Of a DNA stretch of 64,000 nucleotides, positions 1-11,717 are shown one piece after another. Source of the DNA: Octopus vulgaris. Lineage: Eukaryota. How positions within the stretch are numbered: position 1 is the first letter of the stretch; each line of letters begins with the position of its first letter. The position numbers were made by a program, and so were the translations under genes. The stretch lies in the NCBI GenBank assembly GCA_951406725.2, contig OX597815.1, positions 4,526,001 to 4,590,000 on the forward strand. Reading direction: 5' to 3'. A model generated the notes under the pieces. The model made no database searches and was not told where the DNA came from. It saw nothing but the letters and a program-made list of their open reading frames with translations.

Positions 1-115
1 GGGTGGTGCTGTGGTAAGTAGATACCCTCCTCAAACTAGTACCCATTGCTAAATCTATTTTATGCATGTACATTAAAAACGGCAGGGGGCATTGAATCGC
101 TACAAGGAGGGCATT

Positions 116-280
116 AACCCTTTATCATTTAAACTGGCCATATCCAGCCCAAATATTCCACCTGTTCTACCTTAAAACTGACCAGATCCCACCTCTCACA
201 CCTACCCTACAAAATAATGCATGATTAATTCAAAACAAGGTGAATAAACAGGTAATACATTTGACAAAGAAAGTGTTAGC
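116..280. mobile_element. piggyBac-like MITE fragment (family also at 8065-8207, 15974-16440, 18754-19681)
   Basis: Starts TTAA|CCCTTT. The body (ctggccatatccagccc...cacctaccctacaa) recurs in the other copies, two of which end GGG|TTAA. Confidence 0.55.
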
Positions 281-505
281 AAAAAGAGAAGCACTGTTCT
301 GTATTCTGCTAGAAATAACAGCCAAAAGGTCATGGCGGGAATACTTTTGAACATAAGTTAGCGCAATTCAACATTGATTTGAGACCAAAGGCACTTTCTT
401 CTGAATTTCATATAATAGTGATGCAGTGTTAGAACATATTCTCAAGATATAAAAGGGTGGATGATAGGGGTATGGAGACAGAGGAACAGGTGAGGGGGGG
501 GCATA

Positions 506-760
506 TCATCATCATCATTGTTTAATGCCCATTTTCCATGCTGGCATGGGTTGGGCAGTTTGACTGAGGGCTGGCAAGCCAAGAGGCTGCACCAGGCTCC
601 AGTCTGATCTGGCAGTGTTTCTACAGCTGGATGCCCTTCCTAATGCCAACCACTCCGTGAGTGTAGTGGGTGCTTTTTACGTGCCACCGACACAGGTGCC
701 AGACGAGTCTGGCAAATGGCCACGAACGGATGGTGCTTTTTATGTGCCACCGGCACATCA
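506..760 (-). mobile_element. 5'-truncated RTE-type LINE 3' UTR copy, representative of the most abundant repeat
   Basis: (GAT)n tail plus aggaagggcatccagctgtagaaa core. More than 20 copies, e.g. 3334, 7444, 7830, 9432, 11258, 11873, 12301, 14935, 23790, 26757, 27316, 28079, 31947, 42035, 46062, 47505, 48387, 50310, 62158, 63802. Joined to the RTE ORF end at 49380-49965. Confidence 0.75.
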
Positions 761-936
761 ATGATGATGATGATATATATATATGATGATGATGATATAT
801 ATATATGATGATGATGATATATATGTGTGTACACACACAATCTACTTTCTCAGACAAAAACCTGATTTTTCTTTAGTTTGTTTTTTTTTTATATTTATTT
901 ATTTTTCTTAATTCCTTTTTGTTTTTCTCTTTGCAG

Positions 937-1117
937 GTTCTTCTCTTTTACAAGTACCAAAAAACGTACCCCAACCCCTAGCCCTCTCATGAAACGTAGA
1001 GGTAGCACCTCAAGTGACCACTCCGAAATGGGTCTCGGAGCTCCTGGCGCTCCGTGTCATTCCTATAGTACTGGAAACCTAAAGGATATCGGAAATAACA
1101 CAGCTGCATACAAGTAA
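937..1117 (+). CDS. Coding exon of an unidentified gene; internal (donor after 1113) or terminal (TAA 1115-1117)
   Basis: Long polypyrimidine tract ending TTGCAG at 936. Unique, GC-richer open frame FFSFTSTKKRTPTPSPLMKRRGSTSSDHSEMG...NNTAAYK. CAA|GTAACT donor overlaps the stop codon. Confidence 0.75.
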
Positions 1118-1814
1118 CTAAAAGCACCATTCCTTCGCAAACACGGAATCGTGGACTTAGTCAACTTGGCCTCTTTTCAATTTTTGTTTACGGTTTTTTG
1201 CCCCCCAACTTTTTTGTGCATCATGCCCTTTTAATCATTTCTGTTGGCATTTTTTCTCATTTTTACCTAATTTTTCCTCTTATAAACCCATTGATTTCTA
1301 ACTACTGCCACAAACTACCAGTTTTTGGTCGCATTTAAAAAAAAAAAAATTCTTTTCACCCTTTTTTTCATTTATCTAATTTTGTTTGTTCGTTATGATA
1401 ATGTAATTACTTTAATCATTATCATCATCTTGATTGTTATATTGCGGCAATGCTAATTCTTTGTCAAGTTGTTGTAATTACAGAGATCCTTCGTGTGTTA
1501 CTTGTTCCGTTCCCTTGTTTTTTACTATTTTCGATGTTAATTTTTGTGTTTATAATTCTTGTTATTTTTATTGTTATTTTATTATCATCATTTATTAAAT
1601 GTGAAAAAAAAAAAACTGTTGTTATTGTTGTTGTTGTTACTGTCGTTTTTGTTAGTTTTTATTTGCATTTCCCCCTTTCCTTTTTCCGTGTGAAGGCATG
1701 TTCCATTGTCTCCATGTTTAACCATTATTCCTGTTATTGATTCAGTTCTTGCAATCCCCACCGATATTGAAAAACTGCTCCCCCTACATGCCATGCTTCT
1801 AACTTAATTCAGTG

Positions 1815-2165
1815 ATGGGGTGGTTGCGTAGTAAGAAGTTTGTTTCCCAACCATATGGTTCGGGGTTCAGTCCCACTATGTGGCACCTCGGGCAAGCATC
1901 ATCTTCTATAGACTTGGCCTGACTAAAGCCCTGTGGGTGGATTTGGTAGATGGAAACTAAAAGAAGTTCATCATGTGTGTGTGTGTTTGCCCCCATCCCC
2001 TCCTTGAAAACTAGTGTTGGTGTGTTTACATCCCAGTAACATAGCAGTTTGGCAAAAGAGAGCGATAGAATAAGCACCAGGCTTTAAAAAAATATGTGCT
2101 GGAGTCCATTCAACTAAAAGTCTTCAAGGTGGTGCCCCAGCCTGGCCACAGTCTAATGACTGAAG
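1815..2165 (+). mobile_element. tRNA-derived CORE-type SINE (octopus OR-like), representative copy
   Basis: tRNA-like head with B box ggttcagtccc, CORE-like tggcaccttgggcaagtgtctt, internal (TG)n, tail ccagcatggccacagtcaaatgactgaaac. Copies at 8255, 13262, 14085, 20350, 41148, 42683, 46860, 50856, 61420 and others. Confidence 0.8.
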
Positions 2166-2726
2166 CAAATTTATAAATTTTGCTTCACCAGACCTCAGTC
2201 AAATCGTCCAACCCATGCTAGCATGGAAAGCAGACATGAAATGACGATGATGAAGTTGGCTCGTTATTTTCTAAATCTCTGACACGTTCAACAGTGAGAA
2301 AGGTTTTTGACATAGACAAGGTTTCATGGATAGCCAGTCTTAAAGTTTTCTCTTATGGCCAAGGAAACTTTGATAAATTGAAGAGGGCATGAAAGCCAGC
2401 AGATAATCCTCATTAAACTAATAGTATCCTTGTCTGTGACATTCTCTTGGAGATTATTGCATATCAGAGTATTTTTTGATCACTATATATTCCAACTGTG
2501 AATATCATATATACAAGGAAAGACTCATATGTAATAACATAAGCACAGATATGACTGTATGGTTTAGAAGCTTGCTTCCGTACCATGTGGCTTTGGGTTC
2601 AATCCCACAGTATGGCACCTTGGGTAAGTGTCTTGTATAGCCCAGGGCTAGTCAATGCTTTCTGAGGGAATTTGGTAGATGGAAACTGAAAGAAGTCCAT
2701 CATACATAAATAAATATGTATATGTA

Positions 2727-2757
<31 letters not shown>

Positions 2758-2764
2758 ATGTTTT

Positions 2765-2805
<41 letters not shown>

Positions 2806-2811
<6 letters not shown>

Positions 2812-3044
2812 GGTTGGTCGAAAGTTGCCCAACAGTAAATCAAAACCATTTAATTCCAAGATTAAAACAAAAATTATTTTATATGAGACTTCGCTAATAA
2901 AGAGACAAATGTTGAAAACAAAAGACAGTGCTTTTAACTCACAGCATTCAATTATTAAACATTCATAATTGGAAATGAACAAAATAGAATATTAAGTATT
3001 TGTGGAATTTCGATTTACCGTCGGGTGACTTTTGGCCAACCCTG
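2806..3044. mobile_element. Tc1/mariner-type MITE
   Basis: Imperfect ~32 bp TIRs (gggttggtcgaaagttgcccaacagtaaat / atttaccgtcgggtgacttttggccaaccctg) with TA on the right. Confidence 0.65.
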
Positions 3045-4082
3045 TATTTATATTTATACATATATATGTACACGCACACACATACATGTGTGTATGTGTA
3101 CCTTGTCTGACATCACATGATGATTGTAAATGACCATCATGGTCATACAAGTGATGCCTGTTTCCAGTTTTCCATGGAAAACGTCTGACCAAAAGGAAAT
3201 ATTACCTGGCCTGGAAATGGGTCAGAGTTTCTTGCCTTAGAAAATCTACCTCAACAAATTCCAACTGACCCATGCAATCATGCAAAAACGGATGTTAAAA
3301 CAACGATGCTAATTAGTACAAAATTAAATAAAACATCATCATCATCGTTTAGTATTTGCTTTCCGTGCTAGCATGGGTTAGATGGCTTGACTGAAACTGG
3401 TCAGCTGAAGAGCTGTCCCAGGTTCCAGTCTGATTTGGCATGGTTTTCTATGGCTGGATGCCCTTCCTTAATACCAACCACTCCAATAGTGTAATGGGTG
3501 CTTTTTACGTGCCACCAGCACAGGTGCCAGCTACGTGACACCAGATGCATATGAACAGAGATGTGTGAGGTTCAAGAGGTCACTTGAGTAGTGTCAAAGA
3601 CATGGTTGTCTTTTTGGTGTTGATGCCACAAAAAAATATATAATAGGCATTAAGTTTGGACCAATAGGACTCTTTAGCCTCATCAAAGACATGACACCTC
3701 TCTAGTGCTGGTGCCATGAAATAAAAAGCACCCAGAACATTCTGTAAAGTGGTTAGGGTCAAATTAGTCACAATTCTGTAAAGGAGTTAGTGTTAGGAAG
3801 ATGTTTCATCCTTGTTGTCAGATGAAAGGTCTTCTGATTCACAGCAATCAGTACTGGACAACTGGACAACTATCTGCGTAATACTGTCCATAGAACAAGC
3901 AATCCCACAATGAACACCATGTATCCAATGTCCAGGTTCTACTGCATCACAGGGGACTTCTCTATCTTAAAAAACCCACAGCACATCTCAGAATATCAAA
4001 GGAAGGGCATCCAGTCATATAAACTAATCCCTAATGAAACATACGAGTGAGATGCAACCCTCCAACCCATCTAGGTGTGCAG

Positions 4083-4483
4083 TACAGATGAGGAATTTTG
4101 TACATTATTTTAATTTGATGGATATTTGTCCTCATCTTTGTTGTTAACACATTTCGGCTGATATACCCTCCAGCCTTCATCAGGTATCTTGGGGAAATTT
4201 CAAACCTCGGTTCTCATTCTTATGGTATTTTTTGATATTATTATTATGCCCACAGGCATATGGCATAGTGGTTAAGAGTTTCGGGCTACTAACCCCAAGA
4301 TTCCGAGTTCGATTCCAAGCAGTGACCTGAATAATAATAATATCAAAAAATACCTTAGGAATGAGAACGCAGATTCAAAATTTCCCCCCAAGACACCTGA
4401 TGAAGGCTGGAGGGTATATCAACTGAAACAGTCTGTTATCAACAAACAAGATGAGGTCAAATATCTACCAAATGTAAATAATG
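4083..4483 (+). mobile_element. Composite non-autonomous retroelement: inverted Penelope-like arms with hammerhead motifs around a tRNA-derived head
   Basis: Inverted arms ~4101-4247 and ~4331-4485. CTGATGA at 4397 (+) and 4183-4177 (-). A box at 4261, B box at 4305. 11 bp direct repeat TAGGTGTGCAG at 4072-4082 and 4484-4494. Confidence 0.7.
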
Positions 4484-4811
4484 TAGGTGTGCAGCGTTCC
4501 AAAATAAGCGCTGACCCCCAACTGTGGTGAGATGTTGTGTAATCAGTATCATGCATAAAATGCACCTCCTCAGGTGTTTGTTTAAATAAGTCCTTCATCA
4601 GATCCTACTGTCATGTGAGGAGAATGCATCAGAAGCAAAGTGATGTGCCATTTTCTACTAAATCTACCAGCTGACCAATGTCTTGTTTAGATAAAACTAA
4701 ACCCATAGATATAATAAGAGACAAAATATAGACATAAAGAAAAGACAAAAGAAAAAGGAATTTGAGGATACACAAAATTATGGGATATATATATATATAT
4801 ATATATTTATT

Positions 4812-5110
4812 TTTATGTGCCCTTTTCAAGCCTAGCCAGGCCCATGGGCTCGGTTTCCCAGCTTCTGTGGTGTATGTGTTCCCTCCAGCTGGACGGGACG
4901 CCAGTCCATCGCAGCGTTACTCAAGAAACAGGAAGAAAGAGTGAGAGAAAGTGTGGACGAAAGAGTACAACAGGGGTCGCCACCACCCCCTGCCGGAAGC
5001 TTTTAGGTGTTTTCACTCAATAAACATGCACAATGCCCGGTCTGGGAATCGAAACTGCAATCCTCTGACCATGAGTCTACTGCCCTAACCACTGGGCCAT
5101 TGCGCCTCCA
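4812..5110 (-). mobile_element. tRNA-derived SINE with V-domain-like 3' part
   Basis: Head ggaggcgcaatggcccagtggttagg...ttcgattccc on the minus strand. Contains gatggactggcgtcccgtccag. Confidence 0.7.
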
Positions 5111-5439
5111 CATATTTATATATATATATATACAGCAAATAAGAAAATGGAGAGGATACAAAATGACATACATCATCTGGTAGACATTAGAAAGTATAAG
5201 AAAAAAACACACATGTAGTAACTATGTGTTACACATACATGTTAATATTACAGGAAAGAGCAAAAAGTCAGTTCCTTCGGGCCGTTTCTGTCAAGAGGCA
5301 ACGAGATCCTCCATGCATTTGGGTATGAATAATTGTGTACACTACCAGCAGTATATTGGATAGGCACTATCCCTTAATTGGTTTCCCAACCTCTAACTCA
5401 CACAGAAATATATATACACACACAAACACACACACACAA

Positions 5440-5657
5440 AGGAGGTGCTGCAAAGGTTTTGGCTTTAAGTGTATAGACAAAGGCTTAGTTGCAGGCTCAA
5501 CCTTCCAAATTCTTCTGTAAGGCTTAGAAAAACTGAAGGACCCCTGCAATAAGTGTGTGAATCTGAGAGGGGAATATGTTGAATAAAATCATAATTGACT
5601 GATCCGCATCCTGTATTTTCTTTCACCCAAAGCCAGGAATTTATTCAGCAGCCCCTT
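5440..5657. mobile_element. mariner-like MITE, degraded
   Basis: Imperfect TIRs aggtgctgcaaaggttttggcttt / aaagccaggaatttattcagcagcccct. Confidence 0.45.
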
Positions 5658-6112
5658 GTGTGCATGTGTGTGTGATTGCGTCTCCTTGTCTTCACATCCC
5701 ACAGTAATTGTAACAGTCACAAACATACAAGCGTAAACATGTCCAGTCATGGGGAGGGGGAATATTATCTTAGTTGGAAACAAATGCAGATAAATAACAA
5801 GAAGGGCACCCAACCATAGAAAATCTGCTTCAACAAATTCCATCTGATCCATGCAAGCATGGAAGAGTAGATATAAAATATGAGGGTGATGATCATCTAT
5901 ATATGTAGACATGTGTTTGTATCTTTCATTCATTGGACTGCTGCTATGCAGGGGCACTGCTTTCAAGAACTTTCATGAATCAAGCCTAATACTTTTTTTA
6001 AAGCCTGGTACTTATTCTATCAGTCTCTTTTATCGAACTGTTGAGTTACGGGGCTGTAAACACACCAGCACTGGAAGTCAAGGAGTAGCAGGGGACAAAA
6101 ACACACACACAC

Positions 6113-6150
<38 letters not shown>

Positions 6151-6441
6151 GGAGGCGCAATGGCCCAGTGGTTAGGACAGCGGACTATGGTTGTAGGATC
6201 GCGGTTTCGATTCCCAGACCAGGCGTTGTGAGTGTTTATTGAGCGAAAACACACCTAAAGCTCCACGAGGCTCCGTGGCGATCCCTGTTGTACACTTTTG
6301 CCACAACTTTCTCCCACTCTTTCTTCTGTTGGCCTGCTCGTTTAGCCAGCGGGGTGGCATCATTTGAAGGCTAAAACAATGCGAAGCGCATTGTGACCAG
6401 CGATGTGTAGCAACATCTGATAGCCTGGTCGGTCACTGTGA
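6151..6441 (+). mobile_element. tRNA-derived SINE with the same head as 4812-5110 but a different tail
   Basis: A box tggcccagtgg, B box gtttcgattccc. Flanked by (TA)n on both sides. Confidence 0.75.
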
Positions 6442-7720
6442 TATATATATATATACACATGATGGGTTTCTTTTAGTTTCCATCTGCTAAATCCACTTAC
6501 AAGGCTTTGGTTGGCCTGAGCCTATAGTAGAAGACACTAGCCAAAGGTGAACCCATAACCATGTGGTTGGGAAGCGAACTTCTTCCCACAGAGCCATGCC
6601 ATCACCTGTGTGTGTATGTGTCACATCACCGGCAACATTTTTTTTTAGTAGCTGTAACCCAAAATAATAATTATATATATTACGAGCAGTGAACACACTT
6701 CAGCTGGTAATCTAAGTTAGTTTGTGACAGGGAATTGAGAAGAAAAAAATCTTAAATATATATAAAAAAAAAAAAAAAAAAAAATGGAAAAACGGTTGCT
6801 ACAGAAAAACGAAAGAAAAAAGAAAAGTGGGAAGAGATGACATAAAAATACTGCAATTCTGTAAAATGGTGAGAAACAATCTTAGGAATGGTTCTTAATT
6901 CCTGCAATTCTTATCTTTAAATGATGGAAATTCAACATTTCTTATCAATGAAAGTAGCAGGAACCATCTAGTTTTATTTCTATATAGCTATACTGTCGCT
7001 TACACACATATACATCACATATGTGAGTGAGTGTATATATATATATATATGCATGCATACACACACATATACATCCATATACATATACACATACATGTAT
7101 GTGTATTATATGTATGTATATATTTCATATATATACACACATTAGAGGGAAACCACTATGTGGACACCCTTATGCTAGAAATAGATCTGCTATGGTCTTA
7201 CCACTAAGAAATGTTCTCAAGAAAAATTTAGCAAAACAACCAAAACGTAATCGAGCAAGACAAGAAAAAGCAATAACAATATGGATTATTCGAATAAATG
7301 GTTTCACTATTAACATATTACGTAATTTTACTACTGCTTGACAAACTAGCATTGGTGTATTTATGTCCCTATAACTTAGCAGATTGGCAAAAGAGACTGA
7401 TAGAATAAGTACCAGGCTTTAAAAATTGAAGTAGTAAAATATATCATCATCATCATCGTTTAGCGTCCGCTTTCCATGCTGGCATGGGTTGGACGGTTCA
7501 ACTGGGGTCAGGGAAGCCAGAAGGCTGCACCAGGCTCCAGTCAGATCTGGCAGAGTTTCTACAGCCGGATGCCCTTCCTAACGCCAACCACTCCATGAGT
7601 GTAGTGGATGCTTTTTATGTGCCACCAGCACAGGTGCCAGACGAGTCTGGCAAACGGCCACGATCGGATGGTGCCTTTTATGTGCCACCAGCACGGGGGC
7701 CAGGCGAGGCTGGCAATATA

Positions 7721-7751
<31 letters not shown>

Positions 7752-9396
7752 GAAGTCACCATAGGTAGATGCAGGCGTGGCTGTGTAGTAAGAAGTTTGC
7801 TTCCCAACCACATGGCCAATTTCCAATGCTGGCTTCTGTGCCAGTGGCACGTAAAAAGCACCCACTACACTCATGGAGTGGTTGGCATTAGGAAGGGCAT
7901 CCAGCTGTAGAAACACTGCCAGATCAGACTGGAGCCTGATGCAGCCTCCTGGCTCCCCAGACCCCAGTCGAACTGTCCAACCCATGCCAGCAAGGAAAAC
8001 GGACGTTAAACGATGATGATGATGATGATGATGGTGATTGTGTTGAACTAATCATGCAACATCTTACAGCTTAAAGATTCCAATGATGTGATTGCTTATT
8101 GTTAGAATGACATTGTAGGGTAGGTGTGAGAGGCCAGAACTGGCCAGTTTGAATGTAAAACTGAATAACTGGGCTGGATATGACTGCTTTGAATATTGAA
8201 GGGTTAAGAAGTCTTCTGGTAAACATGACCTTGGCATTATTGTCAATAATTGCCTGCATTACTCTTTTACTTGTTTCAGTCATTTGACTGTGGCCATGCT
8301 GGAGCACCGCCTTTAGTCGAGCAAATCAACCCCAGGACTTATTCTTTATTAAGCCTAGTACTTATACTATTGGTCTCTTTCGCCGAACCACTAAGTTACA
8401 GGGATGTAAACACACCACCATCGGCTGTCAAGCGATGTTGGGGGGACAAACACAAACACACACACGCATACATATATACGACAGGCTTCTTTCAGTTTCC
8501 GTCTACCAAATCCACTCACAGGGCTTTGGTCGACCCGAGGCTATAATAAAAGATACTTGCCCAAGGTGCCACGCAGTGGGAATGAACTTAGAATCATGTG
8601 GTTGGTAAGCAAGCTACTTACCACACAGCCACTCGTTGTACAAACCACATTTCTAAAATGCTCAAAAAGTCCAAAGGTTTCTTGGCATCACTCACCAAGG
8701 ACTTTGTCAATCACTAACTGGCCTTCTATTTGAAACTAGTTTGCTTCATAATCTTGAGATCTCCAGTTCAGTCCCAGCATGTGGCATTTGGGCCATTTTT
8801 TTTTTAACCACAGGTTTGACAGGAGCTGCACCCATTTCCATTGTTTATTTTGGTATGGTTACCACACCTGGGTGTCTTTGCTAATGCCAACCACTTTAAA
8901 GAGTGTGCTGGGTACTTTTCATGCGGTACCAGTACCAATGCTTTTTATGTGCTTATATTCATTTGGTCATAGGTCTGCTGGGTCACAGCTGACCTGTATT
9001 AAATACAAACAACAACACATCATACCTGAATCCATCAACCCATGCTTAAACAAAAACTACACAAACTTATTTATCCCCACCCCTTCCCTTTTATTCATCT
9101 TGTAACTTGAGGGTATGTCCCAACACCATCCTCTTTCTCTTCTAACTGGGGTAATTATGTATGCCCCCTACAGCAAGATACCTGGTCCCGTCCCTCTAGC
9201 CCACTTTAACATCTCATCACCTTACACAAAGCCACCTTGCTCTATGACTACGCCCCTCTTCAGTCAGCCTGTGAAACCCTCTAACCCATGTCAGCATGGA
9301 AAACTGGATGTTAAGTGATGATGACGTCATACATACACTTTTTTTTTAATCTTTCGTTTCACTCGTTGGACTGTGGCCAAGCTAGAGCACTGTGTG

Positions 9397-9432
<36 letters not shown>

Positions 9433-10021
9433 ATCATTGTTTAATGTCTGATTTCCATGCTGGTATGGGTTGGACAGTTTGACTGGGGACTGGTAAGCCA
9501 TGGAGGCTGCACCAGGCTCCAGTCTGATCTGGCAGTGTTTCTACAGCTGGATGCCCTTCCTAAAACTAACCACTCCGAGAGTGTAGTGGGTGCCTTTTTT
9601 ACATGCCACCAGCACGGGCCAGAGGGGGCTGGCATCGACCACAATCAGATGGTGCTTTTTACGTGACACCAGCACGGTAGCCAGTCACGGCAACGCTGGC
9701 ATCGGCAAGCCACAATACATGGCTTCAAGTAATCCAGTAGTACTCATTTAAAAAAGCTCATTAATGTATCATTGTACAAAACATAGAATATAGTACGAGA
9801 TGAGAGAAAACAATAAGAAGGACATAAAGTCATAAATGACAGAAATAATTTGGTGAAATTTTATTTAACAATATGAAAATTGAAATTTCATGACAAATTA
9901 CTTTGTAACTCAAAAACATGTAAATAATTTATATTATCATATTTAATAATAAATAAATTACTTACAGAGATGTACTTGCATAGCAAGTGACCTGATCTGA
10001 GATTGTGTGCTGACACGAAAA

Positions 10022-10414
10022 CAATTGCAGCGTGGAAGGTGTCTGTAAGCCATTTAAAACACCCAAAAACACTTCATATAAATTTAATTTGCCAAAATAT
10101 TTTTGTAGCTTTGAGACTGCGACCTGATTACTGACAAAATTCCAAGATGCAGCACAGAATTTTAGGGCATCCAGCTGTAGAAACTCTACCAGGTCAGATT
10201 GGAGCCTGGTGCAGCCATCTGGCTCACCAGTCCTCAAACCGTCCAACCCATGCCAGCATGGAAAGCGGACGTTAGATGATGATGATGATCAGGTCACAGT
10301 CTCAAAGCAACGAAAATATTTTGACACAAAGTAAATTTAAATGTCGAAGTGAATCTAATGGTTTTGGGGTGTGATTTTTAAATGGCATATAAACACCTTC
10401 CATGCTGCAAATTA
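10022..10414. repeat. Foldback/MITE inverted repeat interrupted by an RTE-UTR copy
   Basis: 10022-10128 is the approximate reverse complement of 10288-10414. Confidence 0.6.
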
Positions 10415-10428
10415 CTTACATGCCTAAG

Positions 10429-11717
10429 CAAAGTCAATATTTAAAAGATTATGGAAGACAATAATAATAAAATTGATATGAAATAATATGATTGTCTAAT
10501 AAATAGAAGGGAATTTTAGTAATATAATTAAGTGTAACTAGTACAATAAAAAAAAAAGAGATATATTTAGTACTAAAAATCTAGAAAATCAAAAATCAAA
10601 AAATAGAGACAATAATAATAATAACAAATTAAAATTGAGTAAAAGTATTTAGAGACAATATTTATGAAACATCAGGATATCAACAAGAAAATATGAACAA
10701 TACAAATTTTTTTTTAATTCATAGAAAGTACAGAAGACAATGGGAATAAAATTGATATTAATTAATGAAAGAGTTTCCGAAGATGAGAAGGGAGGTTTAT
10801 TAGTATACTAGCAGTAACGTCCAGTGTTGCTCGGGTTTGTTTCGACCCTTTAGAATTTGGAATTTTTGAAAAGTAAAAATTTTGCATTATGTAGCTTGTT
10901 ATTCTCTTTGAGTGAACATTTTTCTGGTTGAAATACACCGAAAAATGGCGACACGGCAGTCAAAGAATCGTAAAAAATAGGGATTTTCATAGAAAAATAA
11001 GCACCATTATGATGTAAACAATTTTTGGTGTTAACATGGTCCGATTTGAATTTTTTCTTCTACGGAAGGAAGAGCAAGCCATCTTCTATCATACTCTCAA
11101 TTTTGGTCAACTTGCGCCGCAAGGTCTCGGAGGAGATAGTGTTAGTTGAAGGCTACCAAACCTGCTACACATACACACAACTTCAGTTTTATATTAGTTT
11201 ATTTAGAAAATATAAATTATCCTTATAGTCAAGGTGGTGGAATTAATTATGTAAATTCATCATCATCATAGTCATTTAATGTCTGCTTTCCATGCTGGCA
11301 TGGGTTGGACGGTTTAACTGAAGGCTGGCAGGCTAGAGGGCTGCACCAGGTTCTAACCTGATCTGGAAAGGTTTCTGCAGTTGGATGCCCTTCCTAAAGC
11401 CAACCACTCTGAGAGTGTAGTGGGTGCTTTTTATGTGCCCCCAGCACGGGAGCCAGTCAGGCAGCACAGGCAACAATCATTCTCAAATGGTGCTTTTTAC
11501 GACATTGACCACGCTTATAATTAAATAGTATTTTTTAATATCTTTCATTATCTAGATTTTTTTGTAATAAATATATCTCTTTTGTTGTACTAAGAATATC
11601 TCCTAGTTACTTTTTAATTATACTACTAAAATTCCTTTCCATTTCTTAGACAATCATCATATTTTATATCAATTTTATCATTATTGTCTTCCATAATCTT
11701 CCAAATATTGACTTTGC
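10429..11717. repeat. AT-rich inverted repeat (arms ~10429-10570 and ~11570-11717) with nested insertions
   Basis: gcaaagtcaatatttaaaagattatggaagacaataat versus attattgtcttccataatcttccaaatattgactttgc. Confidence 0.6.
10808..11194 (-). mobile_element. Non-autonomous Helitron
   Basis: 3' CTAG with hairpin (acccgagcaacactggac). 5' end atataaaactgaagttgtgt is shared with 53202-53599. Confidence 0.7.

Noticed and set aside
4255-4325. tRNA gene (also SINE heads at 6151 and 57310)
   Set aside because: No acceptor stem or poly-T terminator; these are tRNA-derived repeat heads.
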